Below are positions 41,208 to 51,202 of a stretch of 58,106 nucleotides of DNA, in pieces. The DNA comes from Humidesulfovibrio sp. (GTDB taxonomy: Bacteria > Desulfobacterota > Desulfovibrionia > Desulfovibrionales > Desulfovibrionaceae). Under the pieces are notes generated by a model. The model made no database searches. It saw only the letters and a list, made by a program, of their open reading frames with translations, and was not told the DNA's origin. The position numbers and the translations under genes are program-made. How positions within the stretch are numbered: position 1 is the stretch's first letter; the number at the start of each line of letters is the position of its first letter. The stretch lies in the NCBI RefSeq assembly GCF_035560995.1, contig NZ_DATMYK010000186.1:1-58106 (forward strand), written 5' to 3'.

Positions 41208-42422
41208 ATGACCAAGCCGCAGATACTTTTCGTGGACGACGAACAGCACGTGCTGGACAGCCTGCGCCTGCTGCTGCGCCCGCAGCGTGCGCAATGGGAC
41301 ATGACCTTCGTGCTTGGCGGGCAGGCAGCCCTGACCCTGCTGGAAAAGCGGGGCTTCGACGTGGTGGTGACGGACATGCGCATGCCCGGCGTGGACGGGG
41401 CCCAGCTGCTGGCCAAAGTTGCGGAGGACTGGCCGGAAGCCGTGCGCATGGTGCTTTCCGGCTATTCCGAGCAGGCCAGCGTGATGCGCACCGTGCGCCT
41501 GGCGCACCAGTACCTGAGCAAGCCCTGCCCGCAGGAGGAACTCAAAGACGCCATCGCCAAGGCCCTCAGTCTGCGGGGGCTCATCGGCAGCGCCAGCCTC
41601 AAGCGGCTCATCTGCCGCCTCGATGCCCTGCCGAGCATGCCGCCCCTGTACCGGCAGCTCATGGGCGAGCTGAACAGCGACAACGGCTCCCTCAAACGCG
41701 TGGGCGACATCGTCAGCCAGGACACAGGCATGAGCTCAAGCCTCCTGCGCCTGGTCAACTCCTCCTTCTTCGGCCTGGCCGCCCACGTCTCCAGCGTGCA
41801 CCACGCGGTGAAGCTCCTCGGCATGGAGACCATCCGCGTGCTGGTGCTCTCCATCGAGCTCTTTTCCAGCCCGGCCAGCCTTCCACTGCCGCAGCCCCTG
41901 CGCGAGAGCCTGGGCGCCCACAGCCTGCGCACGGCCTGCTTCTGCCGGGCCATGGCCGAGGCAGAGCGCGCCGACGCGGCCACCCGCGACGACTGCTTCA
42001 TCGCCGGGCTGCTGCACGACCTGGGCAAACTGGTGCTGGGCAGCGTTCTGGGGCAGGAGTACGCGGCCGTGCTGGCCGAGGCGCAGCGCCAGGACCGCCC
42101 GGTCCACCTCGCGGAGCGCGAGGCCTTCGGCGCCACCCACGCGGAAGCCGGAGCCTACCTGCTCAGCCTCTGGGGCTTCAAGGATTCCATCACCGAGGCC
42201 GTGTGCCTGCACCACGAGCCGGAGAGCCTGGCCTGCGACAGTGTTTCGGTCCGCTCGGCCGTGGCCGTGGCCAACCACTTCGACCATGGCCTGCCCCAGA
42301 CGGAGCTGTGCCGCGACGGCTGCGGCGAAATGCAGACGAACCTGACCAGGGAGGAATACGCCTCCCGGCTGCGCGAGTGGCGCAGCCACTGTGAAATCGC
42401 CCGCGACAAGGAGGGCCGATGA
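41208..42422 (+). CDS. Response regulator with HDOD domain
   Basis: REC domain; LPSMP, LLRLVNSSFFG, GLLHDLGKL, THAEAGAYLL..W. Confidence 0.93.
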   Translation: MTKPQILFVDDEQHVLDSLRLLLRPQRAQWDMTFVLGGQAALTLLEKRGFDVVVTDMRMPGVDGAQLLAKVAEDWPEAVRMVLSGYSEQASVMRTVRLAHQYLSKPCPQEELKDAIAKALSLRGLIGSASLKRLICRLDALPSMPPLYRQLMGELNSDNGSLKRVGDIVSQDTGMSSSLLRLVNSSFFGLAAHVSSVHHAVKLLGMETIRVLVLSIELFSSPASLPLPQPLRESLGAHSLRTACFCRAMAEAERADAATRDDCFIAGLLHDLGKLVLGSVLGQEYAAVLAEAQRQDRPVHLAEREAFGATHAEAGAYLLSLWGFKDSITEAVCLHHEPESLACDSVSVRSAVAVANHFDHGLPQTELCRDGCGEMQTNLTREEYASRLREWRSHCEIARDKEGR

Positions 42423-43597
42423 CCAAGAAGATTCTGTTTGTGGATGACGAGGCCGCGCTTTTGGACAGCTTCCGCGTGATGCTGCGCAGACATTTCGACG
42501 TGTACACGGCCCTGGGCCCTGTGCAGGGCCTCAAGGCCATCCAGAGCACGGACAGCTACGCCGTGGTGGTCTCCGACCTCAAGATGCCCAGCATGGACGG
42601 CATCACCTTCCTGGGCCGCGTGCGCGAACTCTCGCCGGACACGGTGCGCATCATGCTCACCGGCTTCGCCGACGTGGAGGTGGCCATGAGCGCGGTAAAC
42701 GAGGGCCAGGTGTTCCGCTTCCTCACCAAGCCCTGCAGCCAGGAGACCATGAGCAAGGCCCTGGAGGCCGGGCTGGAGCAGCACCGCTTGGTTCTGGCCG
42801 AGCGTGAACTGCTGCGCGGCACCCTGCGCGGCAGCATCCAGGTCCTCACCGAGGCCCTCAGCCTGGCCAACCCGGAAGCATACGGCCGGGCCAACCGCAT
42901 CAAGCTCCTCACCCGCAGGCTGGCCAAGGCGGCGGATATTCCCGTCACCTGGGAGCTGGACCTTGCGGCCATGCTCTCGCACATCGGCTGCATGGCCCTG
43001 CCGCGCACCGTGCTGGAGAAGATCGCCAGCGGCCAGGACCTGACGCCGGAGGAACGCGCCCTGTACGACAGCCATCCCACGGTGGGCGCGGGGCTTCTGG
43101 AGCACATTCCCCGCCTGGAGCGCGTGGCCGAAATCATCGGCCGCCAGCACGAGCGCCACGACGACTGCGCCTGCCCGGGCAAGCACCGCGCGGCGCGCAT
43201 GCTCAAGCTGGCCACGGACTACGACCTTTTGGAGAGCCGGGGCATGGCTCCGGCGGACATTCTGAACAGCATGGCCGCCGACGCCAGCTGCTACGATCCG
43301 GTGCTGTTCCAGGCCCTGGCGCAGTCGGTGGGCCAGGAGTCGGACTACGCCCTGCGCCGGGTGATGCTCGACGAACTGGCCGAGGGCATGGTGCTGGAGG
43401 AAGGCATCGTGTCCGAGCAGGGGCTGCTGCTTTTGGCCAAGGGCACGGAGATCACCGCCCCGGCCATCCAGCGCATGCGCCAGTCGGCCCTGTCCTTCCA
43501 TGTGGTGGAGCCGGTGACCGTACGCGTGCCCCTGCCCAACGCGCCAAATGCGGCGGGCGCGGCGGGCGCGGCCCCTGCGGCGAAAACGGCCCCCTAG
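42419..43597 (+). CDS. Response regulator with degenerate HD-GYP-like domain
   Basis: REC domain; SHIG in place of HDIG and no GYP motif. Confidence 0.88.
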   Translation: MTKKILFVDDEAALLDSFRVMLRRHFDVYTALGPVQGLKAIQSTDSYAVVVSDLKMPSMDGITFLGRVRELSPDTVRIMLTGFADVEVAMSAVNEGQVFRFLTKPCSQETMSKALEAGLEQHRLVLAERELLRGTLRGSIQVLTEALSLANPEAYGRANRIKLLTRRLAKAADIPVTWELDLAAMLSHIGCMALPRTVLEKIASGQDLTPEERALYDSHPTVGAGLLEHIPRLERVAEIIGRQHERHDDCACPGKHRAARMLKLATDYDLLESRGMAPADILNSMAADASCYDPVLFQALAQSVGQESDYALRRVMLDELAEGMVLEEGIVSEQGLLLLAKGTEITAPAIQRMRQSALSFHVVEPVTVRVPLPNAPNAAGAAGAAPAAKTAP

Positions 43598-44706
43598 CCC
43601 AGGCCCTTGCGGAAGAACCAGCCCGCCAGGGCCAGGGTCACGACGGCGATGGCCAGAAGCGGCCAGATGGTGTCGAGCACCGTCAAAAGCGGCATGCCCT
43701 TGAGCATGATGCCGCGCACGGCCACCAGAAAGTGCCGCAGGGGATTGGCCAGGGACAGGATCTGCAACAGCTTCGGCATGGTCTCGATGGGCGTGGCGAA
43801 GCCGGACAGGAGCGTGGCGGGCATCATGAAGGTGAAGGTGCCCAGAATGGCCTGCTGCTGCGTGTTGCACAGGGACGAGATGAACAGGCCGAAGCCCACC
43901 ACGGAGAACAGATAGAGCACCATGGTCAGGGCCAGCACCCACAGCGAGCCCACGCAGGGAATGCCGAAGGCCAGGATGGCCACGGTGACGATGAGCACGC
44001 TCTCCACCACGCCAAGGATCATGGCCGGAAGCGTCTTGCCCGCCAATATCTCCCCCGGCGAAAGGGGCGAGACCAGCAGCTGGTCGAAGGTGCCCAGCTC
44101 CCGCTCCCGCGCCACGGAAAGCGCGGTGACGATGAGCGCCACCACCATGGTCAGCATGCCGATGAGATTCGGCACCGTGAACCACAGATAGTCCAGGTTC
44201 GGGTTGAACCAGTTGCGCGCCACCAGGGTGGCCGGGGGCGGGTCCATGCCGTAGTGCGCCACCAGGTCGCGGTTGTACTGCTCAACTATCCGCTGGGCAT
44301 AGCCCTGCACGATCTGCGCGGCGTTGCTGCGGCGGCCGTCGAGCAACAGCTGCGCGCTGGCCGGGCGGCCCGCGGCCACATTGCGGGAGAAGCTCTCGTC
44401 GATGACCAGCACGGCCATGGCCTTCTCGTCCTCCAGCACCGGGGCCACGTCCTCCTGCCCACGCAGGGGAAACACCCGGGTGAACGAGGGCGAGCCCCGG
44501 AAGCGCTGGGCCAGCTCCACCGCCGCCTTGCCGCCGTCCTTGTCCAGCAGGGCCAGCTCGATGTTCTTGACCTCCAGCGTGGCCGCGAAGGCAAAGATGG
44601 TCAGCTGCAACAGCGGCGGCAGGATGAGCACCGTGCGGCTCTTGCGGTCGCGCAGCACGGCCAGCAGTTCCTTGATGACAAGGGCCTTCACCCGTGCGCC
44701 GTTCAT
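43594..44706 (-). CDS. ybhR: ABC-2 efflux permease (YbhR-like)
   Basis: WFNPNLDY, ARERELGTFDQLLVSP. Confidence 0.88.
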   Translation of the reverse strand: MNGARVKALVIKELLAVLRDRKSRTVLILPPLLQLTIFAFAATLEVKNIELALLDKDGGKAAVELAQRFRGSPSFTRVFPLRGQEDVAPVLEDEKAMAVLVIDESFSRNVAAGRPASAQLLLDGRRSNAAQIVQGYAQRIVEQYNRDLVAHYGMDPPPATLVARNWFNPNLDYLWFTVPNLIGMLTMVVALIVTALSVARERELGTFDQLLVSPLSPGEILAGKTLPAMILGVVESVLIVTVAILAFGIPCVGSLWVLALTMVLYLFSVVGFGLFISSLCNTQQQAILGTFTFMMPATLLSGFATPIETMPKLLQILSLANPLRHFLVAVRGIMLKGMPLLTVLDTIWPLLAIAVVTLALAGWFFRKGLG

Positions 44707-45830
44707 GCCACCTTCCTCGCCGCGTTCTTGAGGGTAAGGCCCAGCAGCACGGCCGCGATGACCGCCATGCCCGCCATGTTCGGCAGAAGCAGCGCCCAGG
44801 CGTCGCCCGCCAGGAACAAAGTCTTGAGGCAGGACACGTAATAGCGCGCGGCGATGGCGCGGGACAGAATCTGGATGGGCCAGGGCATGCCCGAGGGCTC
44901 GAACACGTAGCCGGACAGGAAATACGCGGGCAAAAAGGCCGCCAGGATGGAGGCCTGGGAGGCCACGAACTGGTTGCGGGCTATGGACGAGATGAACAGT
45001 CCGAGGCCCAGGGCCGAGAGCAGGAACACAGCGGACACGGCCACCAAGGCCAGGATGCTGCCCCGGAAGGGCACGCCGAAGAGCAGGAGGGTGATGCCCA
45101 GGCAGATGAACATGGCCGCCATACCCAGCAGAAAATACGGCACCAGCTTGCCGAGCAGCATCTCAAAGGGGCTGACGGGCGTGGCCAGCATGGCCTCCAT
45201 GGTGCCGCGCTCCCATTCGCGGGCCACCACCAGCGCGGTCAAAAGCGCGCCGATGAGCGTGAGGTTGATGGCCATGCCGCCGGGCAGCAGGCTGTTCAGG
45301 CTCACCAGCTCCTGATTGAACCAGGTGCGGGGGATGAGCGTTACGGGCTGCTGGAACTCCGCGCCCTTGCCTTCGGCGCGCACGGCCATCCAGGAAAGCC
45401 ACACGCCCTGCGCGTAGTTTTGCAGGAACTGCGCGGTGTTGGGCTCGGAGCCGTCGGCAATGACCTGGAAGGGCACGCTCTCGCTGGCGCGGGCCAGGTC
45501 GCGGCTGAAGGTCTGCGGAATGACCACGATGCCGCGCACGCGGCCCGAGGTCATGGCGTCGGCGAACTCGCGCCGGTCGTGGCCCACGCGGACCTCGAAA
45601 TACTTGGTGGCCATGAACGAGGCCGCCAGGTCCTGGGCCTCCGGGGAGCCGTCCTCCAGCACCAGGCCGATGCGCACGTGGTCGATGTCCAGGTTGGTGG
45701 AGTAGCCCGAAAGAAGCGTCAGGAAAATCGGCAAGATGAAGCCGATGAGGATGGAGGACGGATCGCGCACGATCTGCAGGCCCTCCTTGACCATGATGGC
45801 CACAAGCCGCCGCGCCGCCGGGGAACTCAT
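44703..45830 (-). CDS. ybhS: ABC-2 efflux permease (YbhS-like)
   Basis: KEGLQIVRDPSSILI, AREWERGTMEAMLATP. Confidence 0.88.
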   Translation of the reverse strand: MSSPAARRLVAIMVKEGLQIVRDPSSILIGFILPIFLTLLSGYSTNLDIDHVRIGLVLEDGSPEAQDLAASFMATKYFEVRVGHDRREFADAMTSGRVRGIVVIPQTFSRDLARASESVPFQVIADGSEPNTAQFLQNYAQGVWLSWMAVRAEGKGAEFQQPVTLIPRTWFNQELVSLNSLLPGGMAINLTLIGALLTALVVAREWERGTMEAMLATPVSPFEMLLGKLVPYFLLGMAAMFICLGITLLLFGVPFRGSILALVAVSAVFLLSALGLGLFISSIARNQFVASQASILAAFLPAYFLSGYVFEPSGMPWPIQILSRAIAARYYVSCLKTLFLAGDAWALLLPNMAGMAVIAAVLLGLTLKNAARKVA

Positions 45831-47770
45831 GCCGCCCTCCCCTTTTCCGCCGCGCCCGAAATCGCCGCGCCCGAAATCGCCGCATTGGCCGCTGCAGTGG
45901 CCTCGTCGTCCTTCTCCACCAGGGTCACGAAGGCGTCCTCCAGGGTCGGATCGGCAAGCGCGTCCGTGCGCACCCCGTCCTTCAGGTCGTCGGGCGAGCC
46001 GAGGGCGATGACGCGCCCCCGGTACACAAGGGCGATGCGGTCGCAGTACTCGGCCTCGTCCATGAAGTGCGTGGTCACCATCACCGTCACGCCGCGCTCC
46101 ACCATGCCGTTGATGTGCGTCCAGAACTCGCGCCGGGTGATGGGGTCCACGCCGCTGGTGGGCTCGTCGAGGAAGAGCACGGCGGGCTCGTGCATCACCG
46201 CGCAGGCCAGGGCCAGCCGCTGCTTGAAGCCCAGCGGCAGCTCGTCGGCCGAGGCGGACAGGTGCGGCGAAAGCCCGAAGGTCTCGATCATGCCCTCCAC
46301 GGCGTTCTTGCGCACGGCCCCTTCCAGCCCGTACACGCCGGAGAAGAAATCCAGGTTCTGCCGCACGGAAAGGGTGCCGTAGAGGGAGAACTTCTGCGCC
46401 ATGTAGCCGATGCGCTCGCGCGCGGCGCCACGGCTCTTGCCCAGCACCAGCCCGTCCACCAGGGCCTGCCCGGCCGTGGGCTTCAGCAGCCCGCACATCA
46501 TCTTGAAGGTGGTGGACTTGCCCGCGCCGTTCGGGCCCAGCAGGCCGAAGATCTCGCCCTGGCGGATGGCGAAGGTGATGTCCTGCGCGGCGGTGAAGTC
46601 GCCGAAGCGCTTGGTCAGGCCCCGCGCCTCCACCACGCTGCCCGCGTTGGCCGGCTTGTTCCGCATGCGCGCTGCCAGGGGGGACACGCCTCCCGGCCCG
46701 CCGCCCAGGATGTCCAGAAAGGCGTCTTCGAAGCGCGGCGGCACGGTGACGAGTTCGGCCTGCTCCCCGGCGCGCATGGCGGCAAGGTCCGGCTGGGCCG
46801 CGCCCGGGCCCAGCACCAGGCGCACGTAGCGGCCCTGGATCACGCCGTCGATGATTCCCGGCAGGCCCAGGGCCCGGCGCAGCACGCCGCGCCGCCCCCG
46901 GCCCTCGTGCTCGGCGCCCGCACCGGCTGCCGCGTTCACTGCCCCCGGCGCCGCGCCGTCCGCCGTGCCCGAAGCCCCATCAAAGCTCAGCCCGCGCACC
47001 TGCACCACGCGCCCGGCCACGCGGCCCGTCAGCTCCGCAGGCTTGCCGGAGAACAGCAGCCGCCCGCCGGACAGCAGCAGCACCTCGTCGCAGCCCTCGG
47101 CCTCGTCCAGGTACGAGGTGCTCCAGACCACGCCGATGCCGTCGTCGGCCAGTTCGCGCACCATGCGCCACAGCTCGCGCCGGGAAATGGGGTCCACGCC
47201 CACGCTGGGCTCGTCGAGGAGCAGCAGCTCCGGCCGCTTGATCATAGCGCAGGCCAGGCCCAGTTTCTGTTTCATGCCGCCGGAAAGCCGCCCGGCCAGC
47301 CGCTTGGTGAAGGGGGCCAGGCCGGTGAAGCCCAGCAGGCGGTCAAAGGTCGCCGCGCGCTCCGCCCCGGGCAGGCCGCGCACCTCGGCGTACAGGCGCA
47401 GGTTCTCGGCCACGGAGAGGTCCTCGTACAGGCCGAACTTCTGGGGCATGTAGCCGATGCGCTCGTGCAGCTCCCGCGCCTGCGCGGCCGGGTCGAGGCC
47501 CAGCACCGAGAGTGCGCCCTGCGTGGCGTCGAGCAGCCCGGCCATGAGACGGATGAAGGTGGTCTTGCCCGCGCCGTCCGGCCCCACAAGACCGGTGATG
47601 CAGCCCGGCCGCACGCTGGCGCTGACGCCGTCCAGGGCTGGCGGGGCGTCCTTGCTTGCCCCGGCGTAGCGCATGACGAGGTCCTGGGCCTTGATGAGGG
47701 CCCGGACTTCCGCCCAAGCAGTCAGGCCCGCCGAAGCGGCCTGCCCGGCGCTGCCGGAAGCGGCGTTCAT
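45827..47770 (-). CDS. ybhF: ABC efflux ATP-binding protein, two NBDs (YbhF-like)
   Basis: GPDGAGKTT, LSGGMKQK, GPNGAGKST, LPLGFKQR. Confidence 0.9.
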   Translation of the reverse strand: MNAASGSAGQAASAGLTAWAEVRALIKAQDLVMRYAGASKDAPPALDGVSASVRPGCITGLVGPDGAGKTTFIRLMAGLLDATQGALSVLGLDPAAQARELHERIGYMPQKFGLYEDLSVAENLRLYAEVRGLPGAERAATFDRLLGFTGLAPFTKRLAGRLSGGMKQKLGLACAMIKRPELLLLDEPSVGVDPISRRELWRMVRELADDGIGVVWSTSYLDEAEGCDEVLLLSGGRLLFSGKPAELTGRVAGRVVQVRGLSFDGASGTADGAAPGAVNAAAGAGAEHEGRGRRGVLRRALGLPGIIDGVIQGRYVRLVLGPGAAQPDLAAMRAGEQAELVTVPPRFEDAFLDILGGGPGGVSPLAARMRNKPANAGSVVEARGLTKRFGDFTAAQDITFAIRQGEIFGLLGPNGAGKSTTFKMMCGLLKPTAGQALVDGLVLGKSRGAARERIGYMAQKFSLYGTLSVRQNLDFFSGVYGLEGAVRKNAVEGMIETFGLSPHLSASADELPLGFKQRLALACAVMHEPAVLFLDEPTSGVDPITRREFWTHINGMVERGVTVMVTTHFMDEAEYCDRIALVYRGRVIALGSPDDLKDGVRTDALADPTLEDAFVTLVEKDDEATAAANAAISGAAISGAAEKGRAA

Positions 47771-48873
47771 TGGGCGCTGCCCTTTGCCGCTGCCGCATTG
47801 GCCGCTGCGTTGGCTGTGGCATTGCCCGCCGCATTGCTTACAGTAGTGTCGGGAGCGCTTGCCGCCGCAGGGGCCGGGGCCTTGGCCGCACCGGCTGGCG
47901 CGGCCTTCACCGTCACGGGCATACCCTGGCGGATGCACTCGTCCGGGTCGTCCACCACGATGCGCAGGCGGTACACCAAGTCCGTGCGCAGGGCCTCGGT
48001 CTCCACGTTCTTGGGCGTGAACTCCGCCACCGGGGAAATGAAGCCGATGGTGCCGGAATAGGGCTTGTCCGGGCGGCTGTCGGTGTAGATCCTGACCGGC
48101 ATGCCGAGATGAATCTTGCCCAGCGCGGGCTCCGGCACGTAGGCTCGCACCCACACGGGCTTGTTGAGCGAGACCACGAGCACCACGGCCCCGGCCGAGG
48201 CCATGGCGCCGGGCTCACGCACGCGGGACAGCACGCGGCCGTCGCTGGGGGCGATGATCTCCGTGTCCGCCAGATCGGTCATGGCCGCGGCCATGCTGGC
48301 CTCTGCGGCGCGCAGGGTTGCCTCGGCCCCGGCCACTTCCTCGCTGCGGAAGCCGGAGGCCTGGAGTTGCAGGCCCTTGCGGGCGCTCTGCAACTGGGCC
48401 AGCAGGGAATCGCGGCTGGCCACGGCGTCGTCGCGCTCCTGGGCGGAGATGGCTCCGCTCTTCAACAGCTCCTCGCGTCTGCGGGCCACGCGCGCGGCGT
48501 TCTCCACCTGGGCCTCCATCTGCGCCACCATGGCCCGGGCCTGGGCCACTTCCTCCGAGCGGTAGCCCGCGTGGAACTTGGCCATGTTGGCGGCGGCCAC
48601 GTCGCGGTCGCCCGCGGCCTTGGCCAGGGCGTCGCGGTAGCGCTGGGCGTCCAGCACGGCCAGCACGTCGCCCGCCTTCACCGCGTCGCCCTCGTCCACG
48701 CGCACCTCGGCCAGGCGCCCCGGCACCCGGAACGAAAGCTCCACCTCGCGGATGTCCACGTTGCCGTAAAGCTTCAGCTCCCGGTCCCCGCCGCCGCGCA
48801 GGCGCAGCACGCCCAAGACGATGCCGACGGCCGCCAGCACCGCCAGCCCGATCACAATTCGCTTTCTGTTCAT
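47767..48873 (-). CDS. ybhG: HlyD-family adaptor (YbhG-like)
   Basis: LYGNVDIREV, AEFTPKNVETEALRTDLVYRLRI. Confidence 0.9.
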   Translation of the reverse strand: MNRKRIVIGLAVLAAVGIVLGVLRLRGGGDRELKLYGNVDIREVELSFRVPGRLAEVRVDEGDAVKAGDVLAVLDAQRYRDALAKAAGDRDVAAANMAKFHAGYRSEEVAQARAMVAQMEAQVENAARVARRREELLKSGAISAQERDDAVASRDSLLAQLQSARKGLQLQASGFRSEEVAGAEATLRAAEASMAAAMTDLADTEIIAPSDGRVLSRVREPGAMASAGAVVLVVSLNKPVWVRAYVPEPALGKIHLGMPVRIYTDSRPDKPYSGTIGFISPVAEFTPKNVETEALRTDLVYRLRIVVDDPDECIRQGMPVTVKAAPAGAAKAPAPAAASAPDTTVSNAAGNATANAAANAAAAKGSAQ

Positions 48874-49562
48874 CTGCCGCCCTCCGCCTGGCCCGTTTCA
48901 GGCGCGCAGCCCGCCACGATGGCCTCAACCTGCTCTATGCACAGCCTGGTGATGCACTCCAAATGCTCATCGGTCAGTCTGTCGCCGCCCACTACCCGCA
49001 AAATTCCGCTCATGCCCACCCGGAAAATCACCAGCTGGCCCATTACCGACAGGGCGCGCAGCCGCAGTTCCAAAGAATCCTGGCGGTTCAGCAGCCTGCC
49101 CAGAAGGGTGGTCCACACCCCGTGCACCTTGGCGAAAAAGCCGTCGTGAAACAGGGTGAAGGCCGCCGTGGGCGCTATCTGCTCCTGCATCATGATCTGG
49201 CTGAAGGAACGCGATTCCGGGCTGCCGAGCATCACCGAGACCAGGGTGCGCACCAGGAAGCGCATGGACTCCAGCAGTTCCTCCCGCGTGGAGGAGGGAT
49301 TGCCGCAGGTGGCCACGACGCAGAGCATGCCCGGCCCGATCTCCGTGAGCTTGGCTTCTATGCCCTGCTCCATGACGGCCCTGTACAGGCCTTCCTTGCC
49401 GCCGAAGTGGTACAGGATGCCGGACAGGTTCACCCCGGCCTCCTGGGCCAGGGCGCGGGTGCTGGTGGCGTCGAAACCATGCAGGCCGAAGAGCTTCGTC
49501 CCGGCCTCGATGAGCTTCTTGCGCGTTTCTTTGTCCGCGTTCTTGGGTGGTTGACGCTTCAT
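48870..49562 (-). CDS. cecR: TetR-family regulator (CecR/YbiH-like)
   Basis: GFDATSTRALAQEAGVNLSGILYHFGGKEGLY; heads a ybhGFSR-like operon; GGAGGA RBS. Confidence 0.85.
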   Translation of the reverse strand: MKRQPPKNADKETRKKLIEAGTKLFGLHGFDATSTRALAQEAGVNLSGILYHFGGKEGLYRAVMEQGIEAKLTEIGPGMLCVVATCGNPSSTREELLESMRFLVRTLVSVMLGSPESRSFSQIMMQEQIAPTAAFTLFHDGFFAKVHGVWTTLLGRLLNRQDSLELRLRALSVMGQLVIFRVGMSGILRVVGGDRLTDEHLECITRLCIEQVEAIVAGCAPETGQAEGGR

Positions 49563-49599
49563 TAGTCCTCCATTGGCGCGCGCGCCGTCCCCAGACTGC

Positions 49600-49621
49600 A
49601 ATTCATTCGTTCGAATGAATT
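49600..49621. promoter_or_regulatory. Palindromic operator, probably for the TetR regulator
   Basis: Perfect AATTCATTCG-tt-CGAATGAATT; minus-strand TTGACG -35 at 49640-49645. Confidence 0.75.
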
Positions 49622-49761
49622 AATACGCAGACACAGGAACGTCAAGCCCCGGCAAGGAGATTCGTTGCCGTACGCGCGGGCAGAAAAATGTGCACCGAAA
49701 CCAGGGGTGGCCGCTGCGGCCCAAGCTGCTTCGAGCAGGCCGGAAGAACCGGACAGAATGC

Positions 49762-51165
49762 TCAGGAAGGCTTGGCCGGAGTCTCCGCCCCTGCCTTGCG
49801 GCCGGAGACCAGTTCCTCCATGCCTTCCATCATGGTCTCGATGTCGCCGATGAAGTAGGTCTGAAAGATCTGGCGCAGGGTCTCGTGCAGTTCGTCGTCC
49901 CCGCAGCCCGCCACGGAGTCGTACAGCCCGCGCGCGATGCGCCGGAAGACGTCGAACACCGCCGGATCGAAGTGGGTGCCGCGCTCCAGCTCCAGCAGGC
50001 GCATGGCCTCCTCAAAGGCGTAGGGCTCCTTGTAGGGCCTGCGCGAGGTCAGGGCGTCGAACACGTCGGCCAAGGCGAACACGCGCGCCCCAAGGGGGAT
50101 GTCCGTCCCGGCGAGGCCGTGATCATAGCCGTTGCCGTCGTAGCGCTCGTGGTGGCCGCTGATGACCGGAAGCGCGTCGGACAGCCAACTGGCCTGGGCC
50201 ACGATGTCGCGGCCGTGCTGCACGTGGGTCTGCATCACGCGGTATTCGCCGTCGGTGAGTCCGCCGGGCTTCAGCAGCACCGCGTCGCGGATGCCGATCT
50301 TGCCCACGTCGTGCAGCATGCCGCCCTTGACCAGGGAACGGATGGCCGCGCCAGGCAGTTCCAGGGCCTCGGCCAGCCGCACGGTGTAGATGGTGACGCG
50401 GTAGTTGTGGCGGTCGGTGTCGCTGTCGCGCTTGGCGATGGCGCTGCCCAGCACGCGCAGGGTCTCCAGGTTGGCCTCCTGCAAATGCACGGAAAGCCGC
50501 GTGACGCGCCGCAGAAGCCGGATGATGACGGGATAGAGCAGAAGCGAGGTGGCCAGCACCACCAGAACCACCAGGCCCACGGTGCCGAGCATGCTCTTGC
50601 GGATGTTGTCCTGCACCAGCTGGGACACGGCGTACACGCTCTCGCCGTAGGCGGCCACCTGGCCCCGGCTGTTGACCAGGGAAACGGCCAGGTGCACGTG
50701 GGGCTTGCCGCCGATGAGCACCAGGGACCGGCTTTGCACGGCCTGCCCCGGACGGAAGACATAGCCGTGCGCGCTCAGGTACTGGGCCACCTGGGCGGCC
50801 AGGGCGTAACTGGTGGCGGAGCGCTGGGCCACCACCTTGGAGTCCGCGTCCAGAATGCGCGCAGACGCGGTGAAGCCGAGCGACGGCCGGCGCAAGCCGC
50901 CGCTGAGCGAGTCCAGCGCGGCCTGCACCGCCTTGGCGTCCAGCCTTCCCGGCGCGTCCAGCTGCGGCAGGATGAGCTCGCGGAAGTCCTCCGCCCCGCT
51001 CATGGAGCTTTCAAGGATGGCCTCGTCGTAGTTCGCGTAGAGCTGAACATACGTCGCCCCGGCGAACAGCGCGCAGATCAACGCCGTCATGCCCAGAAGC
51101 CTCCAGACGAGCAGGCGGTGCAGCGAGGCCACAAGCCTCTTGCGCGAGGGTTGAACAACGGTCAT
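49762..51165 (-). CDS. Membrane-bound HD-GYP domain protein
   Basis: Two TM segments, HDVGK, HHERYDGNGYD, RRPYK; AAGGAG RBS before ATG 51165. Confidence 0.9.
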   Translation of the reverse strand: MTVVQPSRKRLVASLHRLLVWRLLGMTALICALFAGATYVQLYANYDEAILESSMSGAEDFRELILPQLDAPGRLDAKAVQAALDSLSGGLRRPSLGFTASARILDADSKVVAQRSATSYALAAQVAQYLSAHGYVFRPGQAVQSRSLVLIGGKPHVHLAVSLVNSRGQVAAYGESVYAVSQLVQDNIRKSMLGTVGLVVLVVLATSLLLYPVIIRLLRRVTRLSVHLQEANLETLRVLGSAIAKRDSDTDRHNYRVTIYTVRLAEALELPGAAIRSLVKGGMLHDVGKIGIRDAVLLKPGGLTDGEYRVMQTHVQHGRDIVAQASWLSDALPVISGHHERYDGNGYDHGLAGTDIPLGARVFALADVFDALTSRRPYKEPYAFEEAMRLLELERGTHFDPAVFDVFRRIARGLYDSVAGCGDDELHETLRQIFQTYFIGDIETMMEGMEELVSGRKAGAETPAKPS

Positions 51166-51202
51166 GCCGCGAATCTCCTTCTTCCCCGGGGCGGCTGCGC
51201 CC